Shown here: positions 5,347 to 12,675 of the stretch, piece by piece
Layout of the letters: each line of letters starts with the position of its first letter
Numbering within the stretch: position 1 is the stretch's first letter
From: a virus
Virus record (IMG/VR): IMGVR_UViG_3300028047_000001
DNA: 42,844 nucleotides
Reading direction: 5' to 3' (one strand)
Program-made: the position numbers and the translations under genes
The notes under the pieces: model-generated
Told to the model about the DNA's origin: nothing
The model's input: only the letters and a program-made list of their open reading frames with translations
Databases searched by the model: none

Positions 5347-6295
5347 AGTCCTTACTCCCAAGTCTCGCGAGGAATGGCTCCATCTCCGCAAGGACACTAT
5401 CGGCGCCAGCGAAGTCGCAGCAGTCCTAGGCGTCCACCCCTACATGACGCCATTCAAGCTATGGGCACTGAAGAGCGGCAAATGGGGGAACGACGAAACC
5501 AAGGCTATGCGGCGCGGCCGCATGCTGGAGGACGACTGTATCGAGATATTGCGGGAGGAACGGCCGGAGTGGACCGTAACGCCGAACGTCATTGGTCATG
5601 GTAGCAAATTCTATCGCGATGTTGATGCTGGCCTCTCCGCCACTCCTGACGCTTTGATCCAAAAGCGCTGTTTCGCCCCGCAGGACGCGTCCCAATTCGG
5701 CATCTGCCAAATCAAAACCGTGAACGAGCATACATTCCGCAAGGACTGGGCCGATAACAACGGCTCCATCCAGGTCCCAACTTACGTCGCTATCCAAGCG
5801 ATCCAGGAGGCGGACTTGACCGGCGCGTCTTGGGCCTGCGTAGCGGCATTTGTTGGCATGGACCTTGAGCCGCACATTATGGATGTTGAGCTACATGTCG
5901 GCATGATGGGCAAAATCCGCCGCAGAGTGCCGGAATTCCTTCGCCGTGTCCGTGACAATGATCCCCCACCGGTGGACTATGCGCGCGACGCCGAGACAAT
6001 CCGCGCCCAATATGCCGAGGATGATGGCGGCGAGGTCGATCTGTCCGGGAACGAGCGCGTCCAATCCCTACTCACTCAGCGCGGCGGATTCGCGCATCTC
6101 GAGAAGCAAGGTGACGCCGCCAGAGAATGGCGCGCTGGGGTAGACGCCGAGCTAATCCACATCCTCGGCAATGCCACGCGCGGCAACCTAGGCGACGGCC
6201 GCTATATCGAGGCCGCGACGGTCCGCAAGAAAGAATGCGTGCACAAGGCCACAACATTCCGGACTGTCAAGATTAAGCAAAGGAGAGAGAAATGA
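5339..6295 (+). CDS. YqaJ-type (lambda Exo-like) recombination exonuclease
   Basis: The track ORF starts at 5273, but Met23 (ATG 5339) is coupled to the upstream stop. REEWLHLRKDTIGASEVAAVLGVHPYMTPFKLW is the YqaJ N-terminal signature. Downstream acidic/Lys motifs fit the PD-(D/E)xK fold. Confidence 0.75.
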   Translation: MIEVLTPKSREEWLHLRKDTIGASEVAAVLGVHPYMTPFKLWALKSGKWGNDETKAMRRGRMLEDDCIEILREERPEWTVTPNVIGHGSKFYRDVDAGLSATPDALIQKRCFAPQDASQFGICQIKTVNEHTFRKDWADNNGSIQVPTYVAIQAIQEADLTGASWACVAAFVGMDLEPHIMDVELHVGMMGKIRRRVPEFLRRVRDNDPPPVDYARDAETIRAQYAEDDGGEVDLSGNERVQSLLTQRGGFAHLEKQGDAAREWRAGVDAELIHILGNATRGNLGDGRYIEAATVRKKECVHKATTFRTVKIKQRREK

Positions 6296-6540
6296 CCAAG
6301 GACATCACTTCGACATCAGGCGAGGAGCTGACGCAATTCGTCGAGAGAATCGAACGGCTAGAAGAAGAAAAGCAGGCTACGTCAAACGACATTGGCGAAG
6401 TCTACGCTGTCGTGAAAGCGCGCGGATACGATGTACGGGCCATCCGTCAAATCGTCAAAATGCGCAAGCTGGACCGCGATGAACGTAAGGAAATGGAGGC
6501 CATTATCGAGCTGTACATGGCCGCCCTGAACATGACGTGA
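6292..6540 (+). CDS. gapR: GapR / DUF2312 (UPF0335) family DNA-binding protein
   Basis: 82 aa. LTQFVERIERLEEEKQATSNDIGEVYAVVKARGYDVRAIRQIVKMRKLDRDERKEMEAIIELYMAAL aligns closely with Caulobacter GapR ([64 protein letters not shown]). Confidence 0.85.
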   Translation: MTKDITSTSGEELTQFVERIERLEEEKQATSNDIGEVYAVVKARGYDVRAIRQIVKMRKLDRDERKEMEAIIELYMAALNMT

Positions 6541-6585
6541 GCCACGCGATATGGCAATACGACATACTGTAACTGAGAGGAACCC

Positions 6586-7647
6586 ATGAACGACATCGTA
6601 ACAGTCGAAGACCGCATCGCATCCAAGATTGACACCAAGATAGCGGGGACCCTCCAGGTCTCTGATAAGGTTGGAGGCATAAGCTTCACTAATGCCGGAG
6701 AGGTGATGGAATTCGCCAAAATGCTTAGCATTTCCCAAGGCGCCGTTCCCAAACATTTGCGCGGCAATCCAGGCGCGTGCCTGGGCATCGTAATGCAGGC
6801 CATCGAATGGCGTATGTCGCCTTTTGCCGTCGCCAACAAATCGTACGTGGTGAATGACCGGCTTGCCTTCGAGGCCCAGCTTATCCATGCCGTTGCCATC
6901 CAGCGGGCGCCAATAGAAGGGCGCATTAGATTCGAATTCTCCGGTGAAGGTGCCACACGCAAGTGCACGGCCTCAGCTAAGCTTGCCGGCCAGCTGAAGA
7001 ATGGGAAAGGTGAACTAGAGGACCATTGGCTCTCATATACTTCTCCGGCAATCGGCGAAATCAAGGTCAAGAACTCGCCCCTTTGGGTCAGCGACCCAGA
7101 CCAGCAGCTAACCTATTATTCGGTGCGCGCTCTTTGCCGCAGGCATTTCCCGGACGTACTCATGGGCATCTTTGCCCCGGACGAATTTGACGGCCCGGCG
7201 CGGGCACGCGATGTAACACCAAAGCCGACGCTTGGCGAACGGCTTGACGCATTAGTCATCCGTGAACCCACTCCGGAAATCAACGTCCCAGAGGTTCCAG
7301 AGCCACCCTCACGCGAAGAAACCGACGAGGCATATCAAGCCACAGGCCTCGGCGTGTGGAAGGAACCGGTCAATTCTCGGGACGAAATCAACGTCCCTAA
7401 GGTTACACCGCTGTCGCCAGACGATAAAGAGCCGCTGCTCATAGCCTCAGCCATGGCGCAGGCTGCTTATGGTTCCAAGCCGTTCACCAAATGGCTGGCC
7501 AAGCTGTCCATGCCGGACTATGAGAGGATCGCGAAAAGCCTGCCGGAACTTAACAAGGTCGCCGCATCGGCCGACAGGCGAATGCAGAAGGAGATGGCGC
7601 CGGTTGTGCCATTCCACCCGCAGCCCGGCGAGGGGAGCGAAGGATGA
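6586..7647 (+). CDS. RecT/Redbeta-superfamily single-strand annealing protein
   Basis: 353 aa. NPGACLGIVMQAIEWRMSPFAVANKSYVV and SPLWVSDPDQQLTYYSVRALCRRHFPDVLMGIFAPDE parallel the lambda Beta blocks (LLIVANQYGLNPWTKEIYAF; PWQSHPKRMLRHKAMIQCARLAFGFAGIYDKDE). It sits next to the YqaJ exonuclease. The C-terminal ~130 aa extension carries a repeated EINVP(E/K)V motif. Confidence 0.7.
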   Translation: MNDIVTVEDRIASKIDTKIAGTLQVSDKVGGISFTNAGEVMEFAKMLSISQGAVPKHLRGNPGACLGIVMQAIEWRMSPFAVANKSYVVNDRLAFEAQLIHAVAIQRAPIEGRIRFEFSGEGATRKCTASAKLAGQLKNGKGELEDHWLSYTSPAIGEIKVKNSPLWVSDPDQQLTYYSVRALCRRHFPDVLMGIFAPDEFDGPARARDVTPKPTLGERLDALVIREPTPEINVPEVPEPPSREETDEAYQATGLGVWKEPVNSRDEINVPKVTPLSPDDKEPLLIASAMAQAAYGSKPFTKWLAKLSMPDYERIAKSLPELNKVAASADRRMQKEMAPVVPFHPQPGEGSEG

Positions 7648-7835
7648 CAAACTTTGATGTAATCGCGGACCGGATCATTTCAGCGGAAGGCGTTAGCTAT
7701 GCCATTGCCGCCTCGAGCGGCATAGCCGACGATCATTTCCGGGAGGCGCGGGAAGCCCTCAAGCGGGCAATCGTTGAGGCCTTGGAGGACGTCCTCATCG
7801 CCGCAACCGGCGCCATGAAAGACCACAATGCCTAA
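7644..7835 (+). CDS. Hypothetical acidic helical protein
   Basis: 63-aa ORF with an ATGA overlap to the annealase stop. Confidence 0.5.
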   Translation: MTNFDVIADRIISAEGVSYAIAASSGIADDHFREAREALKRAIVEALEDVLIAATGAMKDHNA

Positions 7836-7974
7836 ATCCCGCGTCAAGGAGCGCCGCAGGTGGCAGGCCGACATAAAGAAGCAGATGCAGCAGCACGGAG
7901 GCCGCCAAAAGCCGCCAGCGGTCTCCGCTGAGCATCCTAAGCCTATCCAAAAACCAAAGGAGGAAACGAAATGA
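7828..7974 (+). CDS. 48-aa basic protein with N-terminal arginine-rich motif
   Basis: Below the ORF-track cutoff. Coupled on both ends (ATGCCTAA at 7828-7835; ATGA at 7971-7974). Encodes MPKSRVKERRRWQADIKKQMQQHGGRQKPPAVSAEHPKPIQKPKEETK. Confidence 0.5.
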   Translation: MPKSRVKERRRWQADIKKQMQQHGGRQKPPAVSAEHPKPIQKPKEETK

Positions 7975-8216
7975 GGCTGCGCCCTAGATTGTTGATCCAG
8001 TTTCTATCCTATCTAGGCGGATACTTCTGGCTTCCATGCCCTATCTGCAAACGGCCGTTTTCAGGGTTCGAGGCGCGCAGCGATGCGGTATTGTTAGAAC
8101 GGCAAAGCGCTGGAATAGTTTTACCGTGCACGACGTTAACGTCAGGCCAATGTGTTTGCCCTGACAAACGCTGCATTGAAACGGCAAAGCGCTGGAATAG
8201 TTTTACCGTGCACTAA
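7971..8216 (+). CDS. Small Cys-rich protein (CPIC...CVCPDKRC), possibly a recently rearranged cassette gene
   Basis: 81-aa ORF with a strong SD. Hydrophobic N-terminus and two Cys pairs. It contains a 34-bp internal DNA duplication that is read in two different frames. Confidence 0.45.
   Translation: MRLRPRLLIQFLSYLGGYFWLPCPICKRPFSGFEARSDAVLLERQSAGIVLPCTTLTSGQCVCPDKRCIETAKRWNSFTVH
8098..8213 (+). repeat. Two identical 34-bp direct repeats separated by 48 bp
   Basis: AACGGCAAAGCGCTGGAATAGTTTTACCGTGCAC occurs at 8098-8131 and 8180-8213 (34/34). Each repeat is internally self-complementary (ACGGCAAA / TTTACCGT). The spacer contains the palindrome GACGTTAACGTC and the hairpins GTCAGG/CCTGAC and GTTTG/CAAAC. 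Confidence 0.9.
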
Positions 8217-8228
8217 GGAGGAAACGAA

Positions 8229-8825
8229 ATGAATGACAAATGGATCGGGCTACTCTTAGGCGCGGCGATAGGCTATTTCGCCTGTTATTCCATCGCCCAC
8301 GCGTCCGAGCACATGCGCTTTGAACCATGCGGTGGCGCCCGCGATTATCATGAGTGTGCCGTGATTACGATCTCAGGCCAAATCTTCCCTGCTGACCTGG
8401 CCGAGTTCATTGCCCGCATCAAGGACATCCGCCACGCACGCGTCGACTTGGCCGGGCCCGGCGGCGCCTTGCGCCCGGCGATCAATATCGGCGAGCATAT
8501 CCACGCCCGTCATTGGGATACCGCCGTGCTGCCAGACTCACAGTGTCTATCCGCCTGCGCCTACATTTGGCTCGCCGGATCGGCCAGGACTATGGGGCCC
8601 AAGTCCGTTCTAATGTGGCACTCGGCGTTCCTCGGAGAGGATGACCAGCACGCCGACGGCAATGGCAATGCCCTTATAGGCATGTACCTGGCCCATATGG
8701 GGCTCGGCTATGACGCCGTCGATTGGATGGTTGGCAACGACCCAAACGATGAGAAGGCGGCATTTATGGACGCCAATGGCGTGCCGACCGAGAAGCAATT
8801 CCGCTTTATCAGGGGAACACAATGA
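8229..8825 (+). CDS. Exported ClpP/SppA-fold protein (COG3904-like periplasmic protein)
   Basis: 198 aa with a signal peptide ending AHA|SE. ITISGQIFPADLAEF...VDLAGPGGALRPAINIGEHI...TAVLPDSQCLSACAYIWLAGSART...WHSAF fits the periplasmic ClpP-class pattern (SPGG...C.SAC...aG..R). Confidence 0.55.
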   Translation: MNDKWIGLLLGAAIGYFACYSIAHASEHMRFEPCGGARDYHECAVITISGQIFPADLAEFIARIKDIRHARVDLAGPGGALRPAINIGEHIHARHWDTAVLPDSQCLSACAYIWLAGSARTMGPKSVLMWHSAFLGEDDQHADGNGNALIGMYLAHMGLGYDAVDWMVGNDPNDEKAAFMDANGVPTEKQFRFIRGTQ

Positions 8826-9103
8826 ACGAGATGCTGGCTCGGGTGGTCCGGGTTATCGTGGCCACTGATCATACCTACGAAGGGATGCTGACGAAAGACG
8901 ACGCCGCCAACATAGCCACCGCAGTTGTCGCCTCCATGCGAGTCCCAACACCAGCGATGATGGCAGCCGGAGCTAAGAAAGTAAAAGGCGGCACGCCGGG
9001 CGATTGCGCGGCGGCCGCCTGGAGAGCGATGATCGACGAGATACTTAGACCACCGGCGGAACAACCGTCGGCGGGGGAGTCGGGGGAACGCCCATCTTCA
9101 TAG
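8822..9103 (+). CDS. Hypothetical protein (last gene of the rightward unit)
   Basis: 93-aa ORF with an ATGA overlap to the upstream stop. Its 3' 59 nt overlap the convergent ORF 9045..9392. Confidence 0.5.
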   Translation: MNEMLARVVRVIVATDHTYEGMLTKDDAANIATAVVASMRVPTPAMMAAGAKKVKGGTPGDCAAAAWRAMIDEILRPPAEQPSAGESGERPSS

Positions 9104-9392
9104 CCGCAACGATCGCCGCATCATTGTCGCCAATATTAGCGAACAACGTATCGATTTCCTTCTGCATATCCGGAGTCATACCGGGGATTGCCGCGATCTT
9201 GGTCTCTAGGCCGTCGATAAACGCCATGAGCGCGCCGATGTCGGTCTTTTCCTGCGCCACCTTGGCGAGGATGTCTGATAGCATAGCCATGATATTGTTT
9301 GCCTTAGTTAGAAGTTGTTCAAGGAGGTCTGTGTTAAACTCAATCGCGTCCAGTGACCCCTGATCCAGACTGATTGTAAACGGCCAAGTCAT
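9045..9392 (-). CDS. Hypothetical protein (last gene of the leftward unit)
   Basis: 115-aa ORF with a helical middle and a Pro-rich tail (PPTPPPTVVPPVV). Confidence 0.5.
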   Translation of the reverse strand: MTWPFTISLDQGSLDAIEFNTDLLEQLLTKANNIMAMLSDILAKVAQEKTDIGALMAFIDGLETKIAAIPGMTPDMQKEIDTLFANIGDNDAAIVAAMKMGVPPTPPPTVVPPVV

Positions 9393-9404
9393 TTGTTGCC
9401 CCTG

Positions 9405-9953
9405 TTAAGACGATGACCTGAGGGATGTAGGCTGACGGTATGGCTGCGCTTGGTCCTTCTGCATCGCAAGGGCGAACATGCCGAGCGCCGCCGCAGCCGC
9501 GATGCCCGCGAATATCCAGGCTAGCATTTTTCCAGACCCTTCCTCGCGGCCGCCGGATTCGAATATCCTCTTCTTAAGCTCGTCAATATTGTCCTTGAGA
9601 GAGTCAAGCTGCTTCGAGAAGCTGGCCTTCATTTCATTCATTATGGCTCCGACACCGGTCTCGATCTTGGCCACCACCTTGTCTGACGCCGCCATGGCGG
9701 CATTCAGCGCGGTCTCAGAGCCAGCTAGGCGTGTCTGGACGACCCTGTCCAGCGACTCCGTCCGCTCCACGGAGCTTCGGATCTTCTCTTCGTGTAGCAC
9801 TTGAAGAGCGTCCACCCAGCCCTTTACCTCGGCGCGTTGCGACGCAATTTCCGAGCGTACCTGCTTGATCTCCTCGGCAAGCCTCTCTTTGGCGACAACC
9901 GACGGGTCAGGGTTAGGGATGTTTGACGGAGAAGAACCGGGAATTTCAGCCAT
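9405..9953 (-). CDS. Tail-anchored coiled-coil membrane protein (lysis-accessory / spanin-like candidate)
   Basis: 182 aa of long heptad-like helical sequence with a single C-terminal TM (MLAWIFAGIAAAAALGMFALAM). The start is coupled to the upstream micro-gene. It sits in the lysis region. Confidence 0.4.
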   Translation of the reverse strand: MAEIPGSSPSNIPNPDPSVVAKERLAEEIKQVRSEIASQRAEVKGWVDALQVLHEEKIRSSVERTESLDRVVQTRLAGSETALNAAMAASDKVVAKIETGVGAIMNEMKASFSKQLDSLKDNIDELKKRIFESGGREEGSGKMLAWIFAGIAAAAALGMFALAMQKDQAQPYRQPTSLRSSS

Positions 9954-10116
9954 GGATGGGGAACACGTGCCAACCGAGGAGGGCGAACAGGATGAATAGA
10001 ATTATCCAGTTGCCCCATATGCCGGACGGCCCGAACGTGCCGGGATTGCTGTTCCAGACGAAACCGAAAATAAGCCAAATCAGCATCAACACCCAGAACA
10101 CTATTGAGAACGTCAT
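9946..10116 (-). CDS. 56-aa two-TM membrane protein (holin/antiholin-class candidate)
   Basis: Below the ORF-track cutoff. Encodes MTFSIVFWVLMLIWLIFGFVWNSNPGTFGPSGIWGNWIILFILFALLGWHVFPIHG. Its stop overlaps the ATG of 9405..9953 (ATGGCTGA). Confidence 0.5.
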   Translation of the reverse strand: MTFSIVFWVLMLIWLIFGFVWNSNPGTFGPSGIWGNWIILFILFALLGWHVFPIHG

Positions 10117-10120
10117 TTTC

Positions 10121-10327
10121 CTATCCTTTGTTCAGCGCCGCGACATGCGCGCGCGGTACCACCATATAGCCGGCCGTCCATAGATCCTCTTGCACCTTGC
10201 CGGATATCTGCTCAGTGTACGGCGCGGCGTATGATTCCGCCAGGGCGGAAATACCCGCGATTCCAGTGTCTATGGACTTCTTTATAACCGCCCGGACCTT
10301 TGCGTGATCAGCGCCTTCGTTTGCCAT
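10121..10327 (-). CDS. Hypothetical protein
   Basis: 68-aa soluble-looking ORF that overlaps the endolysin 3' end by 20 nt. Confidence 0.45.
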   Translation of the reverse strand: MANEGADHAKVRAVIKKSIDTGIAGISALAESYAAPYTEQISGKVQEDLWTAGYMVVPRAHVAALNKG

Positions 10328-10724
10328 GGGCGATCGCCTTTACTGGAGAATGTTGAACATGCCCTTGTCTCGGGCTGCCAGCGCGAGCCACGGCCGCGCG
10401 ATAGGTAGACCATTGCGGCCCGTCGCCTTTCTCGAAACACCAGAGCGAGAAATCAACCTGAGCCTGCCAGGACGAGCTGTCCCAAGCATGTAATTTGGTA
10501 CTATGTGTGAAACTGTCGCCAAGGCCGCCATGTGGGAAGCGGTGCGAATGACCCCCATAGTGAAGCTGGAACGGCCCAAAGCTGGACCGGTCATCGCCGA
10601 CCATGTTCTGCCCGGAAGCGCTCTCAAGGCGGCAAACCTCAACCGCGAAGTTAGGGTTGACGCCGTAGTGCGACGCCCGCGCGCGTATATAGCCTTCCAA
10701 TGTGCCCCAAGTAGGCCAGCTCAT
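10308..10724 (-). CDS. SLT-type lytic transglycosylase (endolysin candidate)
   Basis: 138 aa. VEVCRLESASGQNMVGDDRSSFGPFQLHYGG carries the E-S...G-x-x-Q SLT signature. It is surrounded by small membrane proteins. Confidence 0.6.
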   Translation of the reverse strand: MSWPTWGTLEGYIRARASHYGVNPNFAVEVCRLESASGQNMVGDDRSSFGPFQLHYGGHSHRFPHGGLGDSFTHSTKLHAWDSSSWQAQVDFSLWCFEKGDGPQWSTYRAAVARAGSPRQGHVQHSPVKAIAHGKRRR

Positions 10725-10727
10725 GCT

Positions 10728-10985
10728 TCACCTCGGTTTCTGGACAAACTGCCCAGTCTTAGCATCGTATCTTGAATTGCTACCAGGTACAAAGCCGCCA
10801 TGTCCGTCAGGAATAATCGTCCCGCCGGCCAGGCCATCCTTCAGCTTCTCAGCCTCTCCAGACACAACCTTCATTATAAATGGGTACGCGAAGCCGAGAG
10901 GACCATAGAATAGGGCGCCGAGCTTTAGCAGCTCATTTATGACGGCAACCGCGCCGTCGATCTTTGCGTCGTGACTATCGGCCAT
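10728..10985 (-). CDS. Small membrane-associated protein
   Basis: 85-aa ORF with one hydrophobic segment (LGALFYGPLGFAYPFIMKVV). Confidence 0.45.
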   Translation of the reverse strand: MADSHDAKIDGAVAVINELLKLGALFYGPLGFAYPFIMKVVSGEAEKLKDGLAGGTIIPDGHGGFVPGSNSRYDAKTGQFVQKPR

Positions 10986-10990
10986 TCATA

Positions 10991-11254
10991 TCACGGGATA
11001 GGCGCCGAGACCGCGCGCGCTTGGGCTTCCACAGTAGCGGGCACAGAGCCGCCAGTAACATTACCGTCCTTCGCCGCCATCAGACCAGCGCTGGTAAGAG
11101 TCGCAACAAGCGAAAGAATTGTCTCACGCCATGGCTGAAGAGCCGGAATGAATGACGCGAGCGTAACCAGCAGGCTGAGAGCCCCAGATAGCGAGGTCTT
11201 CCAATTCACGATACCTAACAGTTTTGAAAACCAACTCATTTCATGATTCTCCAC
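10991..11254 (-). CDS. Holin-like protein (two TM segments)
   Basis: 87 aa. The probable start is MSWFSKLL (11239). TM segments are LSGALSLLVTLASFIPAL and ILSLVATLTSAGLMAA, followed by a polar C-terminus. Confidence 0.5.
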   Translation of the reverse strand: MENHEMSWFSKLLGIVNWKTSLSGALSLLVTLASFIPALQPWRETILSLVATLTSAGLMAAKDGNVTGGSVPATVEAQARAVSAPIP

Positions 11255-11296
11255 ATGGGCAAGAGACAGATGATCGCGGGCAGGTCGCTGTATTGG

Positions 11297-11446
11297 TTAA
11301 AATGCCAGAACACCATGAAAAACATAGGCCATCATCCACAGCATGGCAACCGCAAACCACTGCACATTATGCTCCCATTGGGTCATTTTGCGGGCGGCTA
11401 CGGGCGGACGAAGGCCAATTCCTATGAGGTAGGCCTCGGGGTTCAT
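11297..11446 (-). CDS. 49-aa single-TM peptide
   Basis: Below the ORF-track cutoff. The ATG lies 2 nt after the stop of 11449..12675. Encodes MNPEAYLIGIGLRPPVAARKMTQWEHNVQWFAVAMLWMMAYVFHGVLAF. Confidence 0.4.
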   Translation of the reverse strand: MNPEAYLIGIGLRPPVAARKMTQWEHNVQWFAVAMLWMMAYVFHGVLAF

Positions 11447-11448
11447 GG

Positions 11449-12675
11449 TCAGTGCTGCAACGTTAGAGATAAAACGTTTATTCCCCCATTACTGAAGGTG
11501 TTCGCCACCGCGCCCACGCTGCTCTCATTAGATGAAATTACGTGCACGCCAACCCCAGGCTGCCAATAACTTGAAACGGTCTGGCCGGTGGTGAAGACTG
11601 CGGCCGTCGGCGCAACGCTACGATACCTGGCGGTACCGTTAAAGCTTGCTGTGGTGTCGAAGCCAAAGCCTACATCGCAGCCTGTATTAGCCGCTGCAGT
11701 CGTAGCACATTCAGTCTGAATGCCGACGAACACCGAATCAGCTGCGCTGCAGGACATGAATGAGGCTTGATTGCCTGCCGAGGCCCGCGCTTGGCGGATG
11801 GTGGCCGAGCTATAGGTGTAAGCTGTGCCGCTATCAACGACCTGAGTGAAAATCTGCTGGCGGTTGAATGCGTTGCAGACCTCCAGCCGGGCCGCCGTGC
11901 CTCCAGACGAAGCCGCGCCAAAAATGTAATCGATCGTCGAGCCGGCATTGGATGCGATTGCCCCGACCCATACACCCATTTTAGCCGGAGGGCCGTTGGT
12001 GATCGTATTGGTGTTGACGAACGTCCCATTTATGCGGCCGATAGCCGCCATGCCAGCGCCGCGAGAAGTGCAGTTTGTCCAAGCCGCCCCGCGTGTGGCC
12101 CGCAGCGTCCCGGCATCATTCCAAACAAAGATATCATAGCAGGAGCTCGCGGCAACAGCGGCCGGGGATTTGGTCGCGTCCGTGGTTAGCTGAGAGAGCT
12201 CGGTGAATATCTGCGAGACCATTCCCCCGGCAACGCCATCCGGGAGCGCGATTTGGTAGCCGTTGTAGGGAGTGTAGTAAACCGTCGTGGCGCCCGCCGT
12301 ATTGGTCGTCATGACCGGGACGCCGGACTGAAGGGTAAGCCGCCCTAGCGGCTGCGAGAAGGGCAGCGCAAGAGCAGTTGGGGAAGCGCTGGCGTTTGTG
12401 CCATTCCCGAGAACGGTTTCGGCTGGCATTGCCGCCAGGTTCGCCGGTGGCATGGCGAACGCGCCGCCAGCTGACATTGTGCCGATATTAAAGCACGCGG
12501 CCGAGGTGTAATATAGACAGACGTTCGCCGGACTGACGCCGGTATCAAGCCCCCAAGTTAGAAGACGGGGGGCAGCTTGGGCCTCGCGGTGCTTCAGGGT
12601 GTCGAAAAGGCCGAGAAAGCCGACGATCGTCGCCCAAGCGAATAAGCACCCTATGAAAAACTTCCGAAAGTTCAT
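11449..12675 (-). CDS. Membrane-anchored/exported Cys-rich beta protein of a conserved phage family (fibre-like)
   Basis: 408 aa with an N-terminal TM/signal (FFIGCLFAWATIVGFLGLF, AQA|AP) and about 10 Cys. The block GRLTLQSGVPVMTTNTAGATTVYYTPYNGYQIAL...YDIFVWNDAGTL resembles a recurrent phage/prophage protein family of unknown role. Confidence 0.45.
   Translation of the reverse strand: MNFRKFFIGCLFAWATIVGFLGLFDTLKHREAQAAPRLLTWGLDTGVSPANVCLYYTSAACFNIGTMSAGGAFAMPPANLAAMPAETVLGNGTNASASPTALALPFSQPLGRLTLQSGVPVMTTNTAGATTVYYTPYNGYQIALPDGVAGGMVSQIFTELSQLTTDATKSPAAVAASSCYDIFVWNDAGTLRATRGAAWTNCTSRGAGMAAIGRINGTFVNTNTITNGPPAKMGVWVGAIASNAGSTIDYIFGAASSGGTAARLEVCNAFNRQQIFTQVVDSGTAYTYSSATIRQARASAGNQASFMSCSAADSVFVGIQTECATTAAANTGCDVGFGFDTTASFNGTARYRSVAPTAAVFTTGQTVSSYWQPGVGVHVISSNESSVGAVANTFSNGGINVLSLTLQH

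Larger units (their letters stand above)
7957..8232 (+). repeat. 18-bp direct repeats (AAGGAGGAAACGAAATGA) flanking the 7971..8216 gene
   Basis: 7957-7974 and 8215-8232 are identical 18/18. Each provides the SD and ATG of the following gene. Confidence 0.9.

Noticed and set aside
6382-7070. - strand ORFs 6382..6888 (168 aa) and 6447..7070 (207 aa) antisense to the GapR-like and annealase genes
   Set aside because: They overlap strongly supported + strand genes with recognisable family motifs. Their products have no motifs and an odd composition, so I judged them shadow ORFs.
8098-8213. Mini-CRISPR array
   Set aside because: It was not called as CRISPR. There are only two repeats, the 48-nt spacer is long, and there are no cas genes or leader. 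The element also lies inside an ORF with a strong RBS. I kept it as a low-probability alternative in the cassette finding.
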